Positions 1-8,968 of a stretch of DNA of 64,000 bases are shown one piece after another (within the stretch, counting starts at the first letter, position 1; every line of letters starts with the position of its first letter). The position numbers and the translations under genes were made by a program. The stretch is taken from IMG/VR virus record IMGVR_UViG_3300046787_000353, positions 1 through 64,000 of that record. One strand, 5' to 3'. The notes under the pieces are model-generated. The model was not told where the DNA came from and searched no databases. It worked only from the letters and a program-made list of their open reading frames with translations. The stretch comes from a virus. Lineage: Duplodnaviria; Heunggongvirae; Uroviricota; Caudoviricetes.

Positions 1-12
1 CGCACATATCCA

Positions 13-181
13 AGGAATGTTAATAACTTTTCTATTTTACATAATAACTGTTATAGTTCATTCAGTCGCATTGTTGATAACTTTCTTAGTCGATTGGTAG
101 TCAACGAGTTAGCCAAAAAGTTATTAACATTCCCCTTTGCGATTCCCTTTTAGCTCGGATTCACCGGTGTTAATAACTTTT
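13..181. repeat. Cluster of GTTAATAACTTT repeats. A perfect 18-bp inverted repeat GGAATGTTAATAACTTTT lies at 13-30 and 118-135, with a direct copy at 163-181 and a degenerate copy at 49-67.
   Basis: Read directly; the reverse complement of 118-135 equals 13-30. The region 1-530 has no convincing ORF. Confidence 0.7.
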
Positions 182-529
182 TTTGGTAGTTTCAGCGAGA
201 AAACCTTTAGACGTGCGGCGCACAGACCGAACTCAGCACCCTTTAAATCACGATTACATCTGTAAACCGGGGTTACAATTGTAAATTTTTTTTCTGCTAG
301 GCGCATGTGAATGGGTGGGATACTCCATAGCTTTTCTCTATCCTATCCCTGGCAATATAGTTTATTGTTATATATTCGTATATACTTATATATTTTGATA
401 CCCAATGACTTCGTTACACTCTATAACCGATAGACTCGTATTGCCCCCTCATTTAGTCCCTATTGAACGATTTTGATACAACCCAGCGATTATACACTAA
501 CTTAATGAAAATTCCATCAGCAAGGGATT

Positions 530-952
530 CTATGGATGGTAGTTTGTAGTGTGATTGTTCCCCCATCTTCCCTCAAAATCCAGTGAATTCTCCTTTATAA
601 ACCCTCTTAATCGATTCTTATCGTTTAGGATATTCCTATCGATTACTATCAGTTCGCTATGGTTTCCACTTTGAATGTGAGCATGATAGGTTTCATCTAC
701 AAAGGGAATGTGTTCTATCTCCCCTATCGTATTAAATGATTCTCTATCGATTACCCATTGTATCGTATTGTTATGTGTTATTAATCCTATATCGTTTAGA
801 TGGTGTATCTGGACTTCTAATTCATAATGGTTATATGTGTATATCTTTGTAGTGTGTTTTATATCTACTATGGATTCACTTCCTATCTCCATTGTGTTTA
901 TATCCGATATGTTCTCTATGGTTATTCTCTTTCTCTTCTTATCCTTATCCAT
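530..952 (-). CDS. hypothetical protein (140 aa)
   Basis: Long minus-strand ORF in a uniformly minus-strand gene array. Confidence 0.5.
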   Translation of the reverse strand: MDKDKKRKRITIENISDINTMEIGSESIVDIKHTTKIYTYNHYELEVQIHHLNDIGLITHNNTIQWVIDRESFNTIGEIEHIPFVDETYHAHIQSGNHSELIVIDRNILNDKNRLRGFIKENSLDFEGRWGNNHTTNYHP

Positions 953-999
953 ACTCTATACTACTTACTGAATTACTACTTGAATTAGCTATTTTATTT

Positions 1000-1398
1000 T
1001 TATATCGGTTTTCCGAGTTGGTAATTGGCCTTCATACTACGATACCCCGCCAACATAAACTCTCTCATACTCTTTGGAGTTTCCAATATCTTTCTTTCTA
1101 ATACAAACTCAATCCCATCGATTATATTATTCACTCCCACTTCCGTTGCCCAATATGCCATTATTGATTTGGATTTGAACCATGGTTCTCTATTGATTAC
1201 TAACCACATCGATACCCCTCCGGATTCCCACACTTCTATTATGTAGGATTCAATCCATTTTGAGTTTTTCCATAAACCATTGGATAGCCTAATATACATT
1301 CCACTTCCATTCCACCCACCTTCTTCGATGAAGTTTATCTTTTCGATTCCTTTTATTGTCAACATAGGTTTTAAATTTGTTGTATTGGAAATTTCCAT
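1000..1398 (-). CDS. hypothetical protein (132 aa)
   Basis: Minus-strand ORF. Confidence 0.5.
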   Translation of the reverse strand: MEISNTTNLKPMLTIKGIEKINFIEEGGWNGSGMYIRLSNGLWKNSKWIESYIIEVWESGGVSMWLVINREPWFKSKSIMAYWATEVGVNNIIDGIEFVLERKILETPKSMREFMLAGYRSMKANYQLGKPI

Positions 1399-1769
1399 AA
1401 TTGATAGTCCTCACTCATTATCCTTTGGACTTCACTATCTTTATATATCCTTTCCAATATCCTACTCTTTACCTTGTCGATTTCTTTAAAATCTTCAATT
1501 GGGATTCTATCCCCACTATATCCTCTCCGGAGTCCATTGATACTCCAACCATCTTGGACTCCATCCATTGGTAGGTATTTTGCGGATTGACTACGGAATA
1601 CCTTCCATTCGAATTCCAACTCTTCACCATACAACTTCCAAAATCGTATTGAGAAATTGTATTCGAACTCCGTCCCTCCGATGTATTTGAAATTGATTCG
1701 ATAATCCCCATACGCAAAATCCCCATTGAATTTCTTTGGATTCTTTATTTCTATTATTCTAACTCCCAT
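1371..1769 (-). CDS. hypothetical protein (132 aa)
   Basis: Minus-strand ORF overlapping its neighbour by 28 nt. Confidence 0.5.
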   Translation of the reverse strand: MGVRIIEIKNPKKFNGDFAYGDYRINFKYIGGTEFEYNFSIRFWKLYGEELEFEWKVFRSQSAKYLPMDGVQDGWSINGLRRGYSGDRIPIEDFKEIDKVKSRILERIYKDSEVQRIMSEDYQLWKFPIQQI

Positions 1770-1842
1770 ACCTTTACTTTATTTATTACTCCATTCCAAG
1801 CTCAATCCCTTCCACACTCAATCGAACGTGATTGGACTACTA

Positions 1843-2079
1843 TCAAAAAAATTTCCTATTTCGACTCGGTCCCCCAGCCCCCTCCGATTCCGTTGCCTCT
1901 TCTATATACCCTAACATCATTTGATTTGTTAATCTGTTTTCTAATGTTACCCAGTCTCTTGTCTTTGTAAGGTATTTAAATTGTTCTAGTTGAAACTCTG
2001 CTGAATCCCATACATCGGTATTTTCCCACTTGTCACTCATTCTATACCTCTTACCTCTATATTCGAAAGTGTATTCCAT
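1843..2079 (-). CDS. hypothetical protein (78 aa)
   Basis: Minus-strand ORF. Confidence 0.4.
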   Translation of the reverse strand: MEYTFEYRGKRYRMSDKWENTDVWDSAEFQLEQFKYLTKTRDWVTLENRLTNQMMLGYIEEATESEGAGGPSRNRKFF

Positions 2080-2082
2080 ATC

Positions 2083-2385
2083 CTAATTAAATCTCCAAGC
2101 TTCGTTTCTCAATTCAGAAATGAAATCACCTACGTTTTCAAATGATTCCTTAGTTAAGAATTTATATTGTAAATCCCTATTGTTTTTCAGCGCATACCTA
2201 CCTTCACTATCCCTTCGTTCCAATCTGAATATAATGTTATTCCAAGGATTACCCTGTTCTACTATTCGAACTACATATACATCCCCACCTTCGAATGTAT
2301 TATCTATTGTCCAACGTCTTTTTGGTGTTACCAATGTGAGTCCTTTTTGTCCAATTAGTTTATCAAAATTCTCTATTTTCAACAT
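2083..2385 (-). CDS. hypothetical protein (100 aa)
   Basis: Minus-strand ORF. Confidence 0.5.
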   Translation of the reverse strand: MLKIENFDKLIGQKGLTLVTPKRRWTIDNTFEGGDVYVVRIVEQGNPWNNIIFRLERRDSEGRYALKNNRDLQYKFLTKESFENVGDFISELRNEAWRFN

Positions 2386-2400
2386 AATGATTTGTTTTTG

Positions 2401-2718
2401 TTATACCAATTTTGCTAATATTCTTTTCAGTTCATTCACAAATTCGGATACCGAGTTCAAATTTTTGGTGATTACCATCGTTTCGGTTTGATATCTAGCC
2501 CCATATATCCACATATAATATGAACCAGATATTAGATTCCTTCCTAATACGATTGGTAAAGAATCCAAATCGGTATATTTTTCATACCCTTCTTTTGGAT
2601 AATAGAATATATAATAATCATCGTGTATTTTCACACGTTCTATACTCTCACCATTGCATAACATTAGTTTGATATTCTCTACGTTCTTTATTGTAAGCAT
2701 ACGGATTTGTTTTATCAA
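2401..2718 (-). CDS. hypothetical protein (105 aa)
   Basis: Minus-strand ORF. A promoter-like ctgcaatatacaaaat motif sits just upstream at about 2730-2750. Confidence 0.5.
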   Translation of the reverse strand: MIKQIRMLTIKNVENIKLMLCNGESIERVKIHDDYYIFYYPKEGYEKYTDLDSLPIVLGRNLISGSYYMWIYGARYQTETMVITKNLNSVSEFVNELKRILAKLV

Positions 2719-2781
2719 TTAATATTCTGCAATATACAAAATATAATGGATAAAACAAAGCGTTAATATGTTAAAGTTATG

Positions 2782-3282
2782 TTAAAATGGAATTTCGTTG
2801 TATTCCCCTTCGATACCCTTTACTAATAATTCTTTGATGAATATAGGGTCTTTTAGATTAGATAATGGAATTGCTGTTTCATTTGGTAGTTCACTTCCGA
2901 ACCATTTGGACCAAACTACTTTGGTATCATTATCGTATCCGATTCTACGTTCGATTGTCAATTTACCATGCGAACCAAGGATATCTTTAATTCTCCAAGT
3001 GTAGTTATCCGATGGGTGTTCTAAGTTCCTACCTATGTAGGTTATTTCGTATTCAAACAATCCCTTTATGAATTTCCCATTTAGCTTTTCAGCATTCTTT
3101 AATGTGAATAACTCCAGCTCCTCGTCTTTTACCTTCGCAGGAGGAGTAACCTTATTCATTTCTTTTATCAGCTCATTCAATGATTCGTATATACCCCCTA
3201 ATTGTGAGGTGCTATTACTCCCACTCTTATAATTGTTACTTAGTAAATTGGCGAGTATATCTTCATAATCTTTCGTTTCCAT
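2782..3282 (-). CDS. hypothetical protein (166 aa)
   Basis: Minus-strand ORF. Confidence 0.5.
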   Translation of the reverse strand: METKDYEDILANLLSNNYKSGSNSTSQLGGIYESLNELIKEMNKVTPPAKVKDEELELFTLKNAEKLNGKFIKGLFEYEITYIGRNLEHPSDNYTWRIKDILGSHGKLTIERRIGYDNDTKVVWSKWFGSELPNETAIPLSNLKDPIFIKELLVKGIEGEYNEIPF

Positions 3283-3292
3283 TCGTTTTGTT

Positions 3293-3532
3293 TTAAAATT
3301 TATCTATTTGTGTTTTCTTTTTATTAAGATGTATTCTCGTTGTGTCTGAAAACATTAATGTATCACCTACTTTTACTTGATTGATGAATACATGCTCTTT
3401 GAGTTCATATATCATTACTTCACGCTTTAGGTCGAATATAACATTCATTTGTAAAAGTATGATTGCAATTAGGAATAACATCCCAACAACCCATACGTTC
3501 TTTACTATCCATTTTACTTTTGGTCTTCTCAT
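3293..3532 (-). CDS. small membrane protein (79 aa, one TM segment)
   Basis: Hydrophobic stretch VVGMLFLIAIILL. Confidence 0.4.
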   Translation of the reverse strand: MRRPKVKWIVKNVWVVGMLFLIAIILLQMNVIFDLKREVMIYELKEHVFINQVKVGDTLMFSDTTRIHLNKKKTQIDKF

Positions 3533-3673
3533 TTAACCGTGTTTAATTATTAATAAAAATATCAACCATCCCCAGCCATCTCTACCATTAGCTGCTAAAT
3601 ATACTATACCGGCTAAGCATACGATATCAAATACTCTATCCATTACATTACTAAATCGTGCTCCATCCATATC

Positions 3674-4102
3674 CTAACTCATTAAATCTTTATCAGTAAT
3701 GTCCTCAACCTTGTCGATTCTCAATACAGAACCTTGTCCATGCATCACCTGAATTACATACGAACCAATGTAGTATGCTCCTCCGGTAAAATCGTTTAAA
3801 TACTTTTCATCATCGCAAGGTTTACAATATTCATGTGCATATTCCAACGCCAACCATAGTAGAGATTCTCTGGGTTCGATTGACATATCATACTCCCTAT
3901 CTCTATACTCATCAGAATAGTATTTATCCATTAACTTTTCAATACAGCCATCCAAATCTCCTTCACATCTTTGTTTGAATTTCTCAATCCAACGTTTTTG
4001 ATGTGCATCTTCTCTTTCCATTTTCAACCCCCATTGACGAATAGATTCTTTACCCTCATCGGTTTCTAAAAAATCTTTCATTTTTTGTAACATATCACTC
4101 AT
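3674..4102 (-). CDS. hypothetical protein (142 aa)
   Basis: Minus-strand ORF. Confidence 0.5.
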   Translation of the reverse strand: MSDMLQKMKDFLETDEGKESIRQWGLKMEREDAHQKRWIEKFKQRCEGDLDGCIEKLMDKYYSDEYRDREYDMSIEPRESLLWLALEYAHEYCKPCDDEKYLNDFTGGAYYIGSYVIQVMHGQGSVLRIDKVEDITDKDLMS

Positions 4103-4105
4103 ATC

Positions 4106-4855
4106 TTAGTGTGTTTTTAACCAGATTTTTACTTTCTGAATTGTTTCTTTAATTTTCGTATTAGTTTTCAGTATCTTCACAACCTCACCAATTGGACCAT
4201 GCTCTACAACGGCATCCAATGTTGCTTTACCTATGTGAGTTAACTCATTTTGAATTCGGTTTGCCTTTCTATCCGTAACTCTCGGCTCAGATTGCGGTGG
4301 TGGTGGGATAAATCTACCCATATCTACTAATTCTTTTAACTTATCTAACTCTATTCTGGCAGTCTTTATTTCATCGGCAAATTGGTTAGTTATCTGCGAT
4401 GAATTATCTATTGCCATTAATCTATTGGTACGAAACGTATCGAATGATGGTAAGGCTGATGATGTAATGTGTCCCATAGTTGGGTGCACCCCAATTTTAC
4501 CATCTATAAATTTTTTATGTAACTCGTGATTAAGTATTTTATCAATACACATTTCAATAGTTCTCAATACTCTTGCCATACCCATCGATTCAGGCGTTAA
4601 TGCGTATGATTGCCTCACACCTGAACCAGTATGCTTCAATCGTATTGTATTGATATCGGACATTTCCATTTCCAACTCAATTTCATCTTGATATTCCAGC
4701 CCCATATACGTTATTTCTGCCGTATATAGTTCAGCGTAGATATCGGTTGATAGCGAATTATTTACCGATGGTGGATATAATCCTTCACCAGTTGTTTTTA
4801 TTACATATCCTTTGTAACCACATCCACTTAATTTATGCCATCCGTTAAGTTTCAT
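4106..4855 (-). CDS. hypothetical protein (249 aa)
   Basis: Minus-strand ORF. Confidence 0.55.
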   Translation of the reverse strand: MKLNGWHKLSGCGYKGYVIKTTGEGLYPPSVNNSLSTDIYAELYTAEITYMGLEYQDEIELEMEMSDINTIRLKHTGSGVRQSYALTPESMGMARVLRTIEMCIDKILNHELHKKFIDGKIGVHPTMGHITSSALPSFDTFRTNRLMAIDNSSQITNQFADEIKTARIELDKLKELVDMGRFIPPPPQSEPRVTDRKANRIQNELTHIGKATLDAVVEHGPIGEVVKILKTNTKIKETIQKVKIWLKTH

Positions 4856-5179
4856 CTAATAGTATATTTTTCTTATTGAATAAAAGTTTCCCTTTATCGG
4901 TGAAAACGATTTTAGTAAATATTCCTCAGCTTCTGCTATTGTTTTGAATTTCATTATCAGTTCCGGAATGACTTTACTACCACCATCGACCAATACTGGT
5001 TCGGATTGTATATCAAATATATCCATTTCCATTCCCATTGAAGTATATGATTGTTGAGTTCTAATTCCATGCTTTGTTCCTATCATGTGCGGATAATAGT
5101 CCCTATCATTTATCCATCGGACTCCCTCATATAGCCATTGATTCTCACTACATTCATATATTACAAAATATCCAGTCAT
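4856..5179 (-). CDS. hypothetical protein (107 aa)
   Basis: Minus-strand ORF abutting the upstream gene. Confidence 0.5.
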   Translation of the reverse strand: MTGYFVIYECSENQWLYEGVRWINDRDYYPHMIGTKHGIRTQQSYTSMGMEMDIFDIQSEPVLVDGGSKVIPELIMKFKTIAEAEEYLLKSFSPIKGNFYSIRKIYY

Positions 5180-5235
5180 TTTTATTATTTATTATTATTC
5201 AAATATACAAAAAATAATCGAATTATACAACTATT

Positions 5236-5448
5236 TTACCAACTATCTGTGTCAGTTAAGTCTAATTCTAACTTAGTTAAGTGATTATATACCTTAATAC
5301 CATCGCCCATTCCGAATGGAGTAACCGACCAAGTCATCAATCCATATTCACCATACAAATCTTTGATTTTGGCTATCCATTCATTATAACGTTTTTGCTG
5401 TGTATCCGTTAGTGATATCGTTATCACTTTGTTTTCTGTTTTCGGCAT
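5236..5448 (-). CDS. hypothetical protein (70 aa)
   Basis: ORF overlapping the 3' end of the cytidylyltransferase gene in another frame. Confidence 0.3.
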   Translation of the reverse strand: MPKTENKVITISLTDTQQKRYNEWIAKIKDLYGEYGLMTWSVTPFGMGDGIKVYNHLTKLELDLTDTDSW

Positions 5449-5851
5449 CTGCTACTCTTTTTCTTAATTCAGTTGTGCTATAATTGTGAGTTCGTTTATT
5501 GAAATAAAAATCCATATCTAAATTACTCCCAGTAAAGATTTTTGTTTCATATTCTTGTCCAAGTATTCTAATATCAATATCATTTGTCTGCAATATCGTT
5601 AGTAGCTCCTCTTCGGTTGTGTATGGTATGATTGCATCCACATACTTAACTGCATCCAATTGAATGAATCGTTCGTAATATGATTGGATTGGTTTATTCT
5701 TTTCAGGTCTGTCCACCGTTGGGTCAACTTGTAACCCACAAATTAAATAATCACATTGCGATTTAGCCTCTTCTAACATTAGAATGTGGCCTGTGTGTAG
5801 TAAATCAAATGTACTACAAGTAAATCCTATAATTTCAGTATTATTCATCAT
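5384..5851 (-). CDS. Cytidylyltransferase-family nucleotidyltransferase (TagD / RfaE domain II / NMNAT-like)
   Basis: N-terminal GFTCSTFDLLHTGH carries the (H/T)xGH motif of the nucleotidylyltransferase superfamily. The rest of the 155-aa protein resembles glycerol-3-phosphate cytidylyltransferase or ADP-heptose synthase domain II. Confidence 0.7.
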   Translation of the reverse strand: MMNNTEIIGFTCSTFDLLHTGHILMLEEAKSQCDYLICGLQVDPTVDRPEKNKPIQSYYERFIQLDAVKYVDAIIPYTTEEELLTILQTNDIDIRILGQEYETKIFTGSNLDMDFYFNKRTHNYSTTELRKRVADAENRKQSDNDITNGYTAKTL

Positions 5852-6203
5852 TATTATCTGTTAATCCGAAACTTTGAGAGATACGTTTGATTTCTTCCAA
5901 CTCTTCTGCTCGGTGTTTATCTTCTTCTATGATACGTTCCATCGTTCTAACCGATTTTGGTTTGAATGTTCCGAATAGTTTTTCTTTAAAACGCTTCAAC
6001 ATTCCCTTACGCTTACCTTCCTTTTCAACTGAATGTCCTTCGTTTTCTTCCATACGAGTCATTCTCTTTTGTAAACCATGTAATTTCTTAGCTGCTTTAG
6101 CCTTATCAATTTTCTTCTCGCTCATATATTTATCTAAATTTTGTATGTAAGTTGTCCCATCTTTCAATGGAAATATTTTGGTCAAATATTCTTCCCTATT
6201 CAT
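5841..6203 (-). CDS. hypothetical Lys/Glu-rich protein (120 aa)
   Basis: Minus-strand ORF. Confidence 0.45.
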   Translation of the reverse strand: MNREEYLTKIFPLKDGTTYIQNLDKYMSEKKIDKAKAAKKLHGLQKRMTRMEENEGHSVEKEGKRKGMLKRFKEKLFGTFKPKSVRTMERIIEEDKHRAEELEEIKRISQSFGLTDNNDE

Positions 6204-6447
6204 TCGGCATCATCCAAACGTGTATTGGTGTAAATTCTCCACCATAGGCTCGTAGAATATTAAACTCTACATATTCAGCCGCAGTTTCCCAATCCCAATC
6301 ATTTTGTTTCATCAACTCAACTTCCATACGATGGATATCATAAACCGCACATGCCTCTTCGGTAATACCGATTATGCAATTATCCAACCCATCCCATAGT
6401 ATAGCTTGTGGATTGATTTCTTTGATTTTCGTTCGTTGGTAACTCAT
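6196..6447 (-). CDS. hypothetical protein (83 aa)
   Basis: Minus-strand ORF. Confidence 0.45.
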   Translation of the reverse strand: MSYQRTKIKEINPQAILWDGLDNCIIGITEEACAVYDIHRMEVELMKQNDWDWETAAEYVEFNILRAYGGEFTPIHVWMMPNE

Positions 6448-6635
6448 CTACTTTTGCGTTTTACGTTTCAATAGTTCGGACTCAAGTTTAGCTATCTTTG
6501 TTTTATAACTTTCGATTGCTATACTTCTACTCCACTTACCCATATTATTAACGGGTTCTTTATCTTCGTAATACTTTAATTTTTCTTTTAACTCTTTGAG
6601 TTCTTTGTATAATGGCATGTGGCCCTCCTTTCTGT

Positions 6636-6845
6636 TTATGGTGTTTCTAATGATTGTATGTACTCAATGTGAGCTTGTGCGCTTTTGCATCTTTCCTCAT
6701 ACATTACTCTAACAATCTTACCCAATACAGCATCGCTCTTTTCATTCTGAATGATATTAGCTGGTATTGTTAAGAATCGTTGTGCATCGTTTGCCATTTC
6801 AATCATTTGCCTACGATACGTCTGTGCTTCTGTATGTGTTCCCAT
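6636..6845 (-). CDS. hypothetical protein (69 aa)
   Basis: Minus-strand ORF. Confidence 0.4.
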   Translation of the reverse strand: MGTHTEAQTYRRQMIEMANDAQRFLTIPANIIQNEKSDAVLGKIVRVMYEERCKSAQAHIEYIQSLETP

Positions 6846-7123
6846 TAGATAACCGATTTGATTCTACTATAATTAAAACTTCTCCATCCTTCTTTCTCCG
6901 TATCCCATACTGTGATGTTATCGGATTCGATTGGGTTACCATTTTCATCCAACTTAACAACCGTATCGGTTTTTGGGTGGAATTCCGTTGGTATCTTACT
7001 AATCATCTTAGTACATACCATAGTTCTATCATCGCCATCAGCCTTAGTGAATGTGACTGAAACTACTTCGTTCTGCAACTTCTCTACCAATTCCTGCTTT
7101 GTAATCTGTAATTCTGCTACCAT
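6845..7123 (-). CDS. hypothetical protein (92 aa)
   Basis: Minus-strand ORF. Confidence 0.45.
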   Translation of the reverse strand: MVAELQITKQELVEKLQNEVVSVTFTKADGDDRTMVCTKMISKIPTEFHPKTDTVVKLDENGNPIESDNITVWDTEKEGWRSFNYSRIKSVI

Positions 7124-7133
7124 ATTTGTTATT

Positions 7134-7433
7134 TTAATTTATATTAATATATTCCGAATTCTTATACATTTGTTTTGAAAGTACTTCCCCTTTCCAATTC
7201 TCAATAATCCATTCAGCAGATTTCACATCTTTAAGTGGATATTGGCTCGATTGCCATATTTTGAAAGGTAATGGGAAATAATTCGTTCGTGCCCAAACTC
7301 TTCGTTGTGGCTGATACAACTTAGTTCCATTATCAACCCACGTTCGAATACGATATTGTGGTCTGGCATTGGTTTCTAATACTATCACTCCCAATAGAAT
7401 TAGTATCATTACTCTCATTTTGTTCATATACAA
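7134..7433 (-). CDS. secreted small protein (99 aa, N-terminal signal peptide)
   Basis: N-terminus MYMNKMRVMILILLGVIVLETNA resembles a signal peptide. Confidence 0.45.
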   Translation of the reverse strand: MYMNKMRVMILILLGVIVLETNARPQYRIRTWVDNGTKLYQPQRRVWARTNYFPLPFKIWQSSQYPLKDVKSAEWIIENWKGEVLSKQMYKNSEYININ

Positions 7434-7460
7434 ATATAAGGAAACTTTTCCACATTTCCA

Positions 7461-7492
7461 AACAAAAAAGGGATAACTTTCGTCATCCCTTT
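7461..7492 (-). terminator. rho-independent terminator
   Basis: Hairpin agggat/atccct at 7470-7490, followed on the minus strand by a U-run (plus-strand A-run 7463-7469). Confidence 0.55.
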
Positions 7493-7601
7493 GTGTTAGG
7501 TTTTTCTTTTATAATTACCCTTTTTTTGCTGTTCTTTTACAGTCTGTTTAGCCATTTTCTTACGATTAGCTTTCTTTTGTTCTCTGATTGTCATTTCTTA
7601 T

Positions 7602-8225
7602 TTAGTTATAGTGAATAAAATTACAAATTGCGTAACGTTCACCATCCATAACCTTCGTTACTTCGTGTGGTATTTGATTTTTAGTATAGTCTAACACAAC
7701 CACATTCCCCAACTCCGGAATGACTTCTATCTTTTCGCCAGTATTGGTATCGGTTACAATTAAGCAACCACCATTGGCTTTATCATAGTTTTCGTTTAAG
7801 TAAATTAATATCCCAGCGATTCTACTTGCATCGCCACCATCGGTATGGTCTTTTATAAATGAACCCTTATTGAATAGTGTATATGAAAAGTTATTCTTAA
7901 TAAGATTGGTATCGATTGAATAGTATTTGCTGAATATCTTATTGAGTAATTCAATTACCTTTGTATGATTGAAATCAACGTGTAAGTTGAACCAAGACTG
8001 ATACACACTATCACCATACTCACTCAACCATTCATCTCGTTTAGCATTATATGTTTCATCGGTACGTTCATCCAATTCAAATATAAGTGGGAACTTATCA
8101 ACCGAATGTAGACAAGTATTGCCACCAGCGATACGTTTGTGAGCAGATTCAAACTCTTTTAGAAAGGATATATCTACTTCATCCAATTTGAATATATCAT
8201 AGCCAACCTTAGTAATATCAATCAT
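7602..8225 (-). CDS. 2OG-Fe(II) oxygenase superfamily protein (prolyl-4-hydroxylase / PhyH-like)
   Basis: HTDGGD (HxD) and IPHEV motifs with a downstream RYAI are typical of the double-stranded beta-helix 2OG oxygenases common in phages. Confidence 0.65.
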   Translation of the reverse strand: MIDITKVGYDIFKLDEVDISFLKEFESAHKRIAGGNTCLHSVDKFPLIFELDERTDETYNAKRDEWLSEYGDSVYQSWFNLHVDFNHTKVIELLNKIFSKYYSIDTNLIKNNFSYTLFNKGSFIKDHTDGGDASRIAGILIYLNENYDKANGGCLIVTDTNTGEKIEVIPELGNVVVLDYTKNQIPHEVTKVMDGERYAICNFIHYN

Positions 8226-8436
8226 TTTCTATTATTGTTGCTTCTTCAATTAAATTTACAAATAAGTATTCATTTGTTTGTCTTGAAATCAATATTTTTT
8301 CAGAACCAACCCATTGTTTTACAATATCAGCCGATTCACCCTCCAATTGAATTTTAAACTTATCAATTGGGAATGCTCTGATTACCTCATATAATTCATC
8401 ATCCTTTCTTAGTAGATTTGCTTTTCTCATTTCCAA
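8218..8436 (-). CDS. hypothetical protein (72 aa)
   Basis: Minus-strand ORF. Confidence 0.4.
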   Translation of the reverse strand: MEMRKANLLRKDDELYEVIRAFPIDKFKIQLEGESADIVKQWVGSEKILISRQTNEYLFVNLIEEATIIEND

Positions 8437-8768
8437 AAGATTTGAATTGTTAATATACTAACTGCTAATATCAAACATACTATTGTTTTAGATGTCATAG
8501 CTTCTCCGAAGATAAAGTAACTCATTGAAGCAAATACAATTATACCCTCACCAAATCCTATAAGACGGGATGGCCATATTTCACCATTAAAGTGCTCAAC
8601 AAATGCCTCTACTGATTTGATGTATAACCAAGCCATTGGGATTGACATTGCTAATAGGGCTAATGGATATCTCTGATACCATTGCCACTTTATATTACCT
8701 TGTAGTTGTAAAAATGTAAGGATTTGAGCTACGAGTCCATAGCCTAATCCTATAAATAACTTATTCAT
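8427..8768 (-). CDS. integral membrane protein (113 aa, 3-4 TM segments)
   Basis: Several hydrophobic segments. Confidence 0.5.
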   Translation of the reverse strand: MNKLFIGLGYGLVAQILTFLQLQGNIKWQWYQRYPLALLAMSIPMAWLYIKSVEAFVEHFNGEIWPSRLIGFGEGIIVFASMSYFIFGEAMTSKTIVCLILAVSILTIQIFWK

Positions 8769-8780
8769 ATTTTGTTTTTA

Positions 8781-8966
8781 TTAATCCAAATAATCGGATA
8801 CATCGATTCCATCGTTGCTAGCCTCATCATCATCGTAGATTTCATCTTCGATTTCTAACAAAGATTCCCAGATGTTATCGATTAGTGGGTTAGTAACTCC
8901 TTCATCTTCCATATCTTTCAAATCTTGTTTGATGGATTGTACGAGTTTTAAAATTGCTTGTTTCAT
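8781..8966 (-). CDS. small acidic protein (61 aa)
   Basis: Asp/Glu-rich minus-strand ORF. Confidence 0.35.
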   Translation of the reverse strand: MKQAILKLVQSIKQDLKDMEDEGVTNPLIDNIWESLLEIEDEIYDDDEASNDGIDVSDYLD

Positions 8967-8968
8967 AA

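Noticed and set aside
124-306. 60-aa minus-strand ORF at 124..306
   Set aside because: It lies within the inverted and direct repeat array and has an Arg/Lys-rich low-complexity translation. It is more likely non-coding.
1469-1726. Nested alternative-frame ORFs (1469..1726, 9385..9585, 23963..24157, 24680..24928, 37989..38207, 50060..50248, 58392..58625, 43301..43498)
   Set aside because: Each is contained within a longer ORF that has a recognisable domain or better context.
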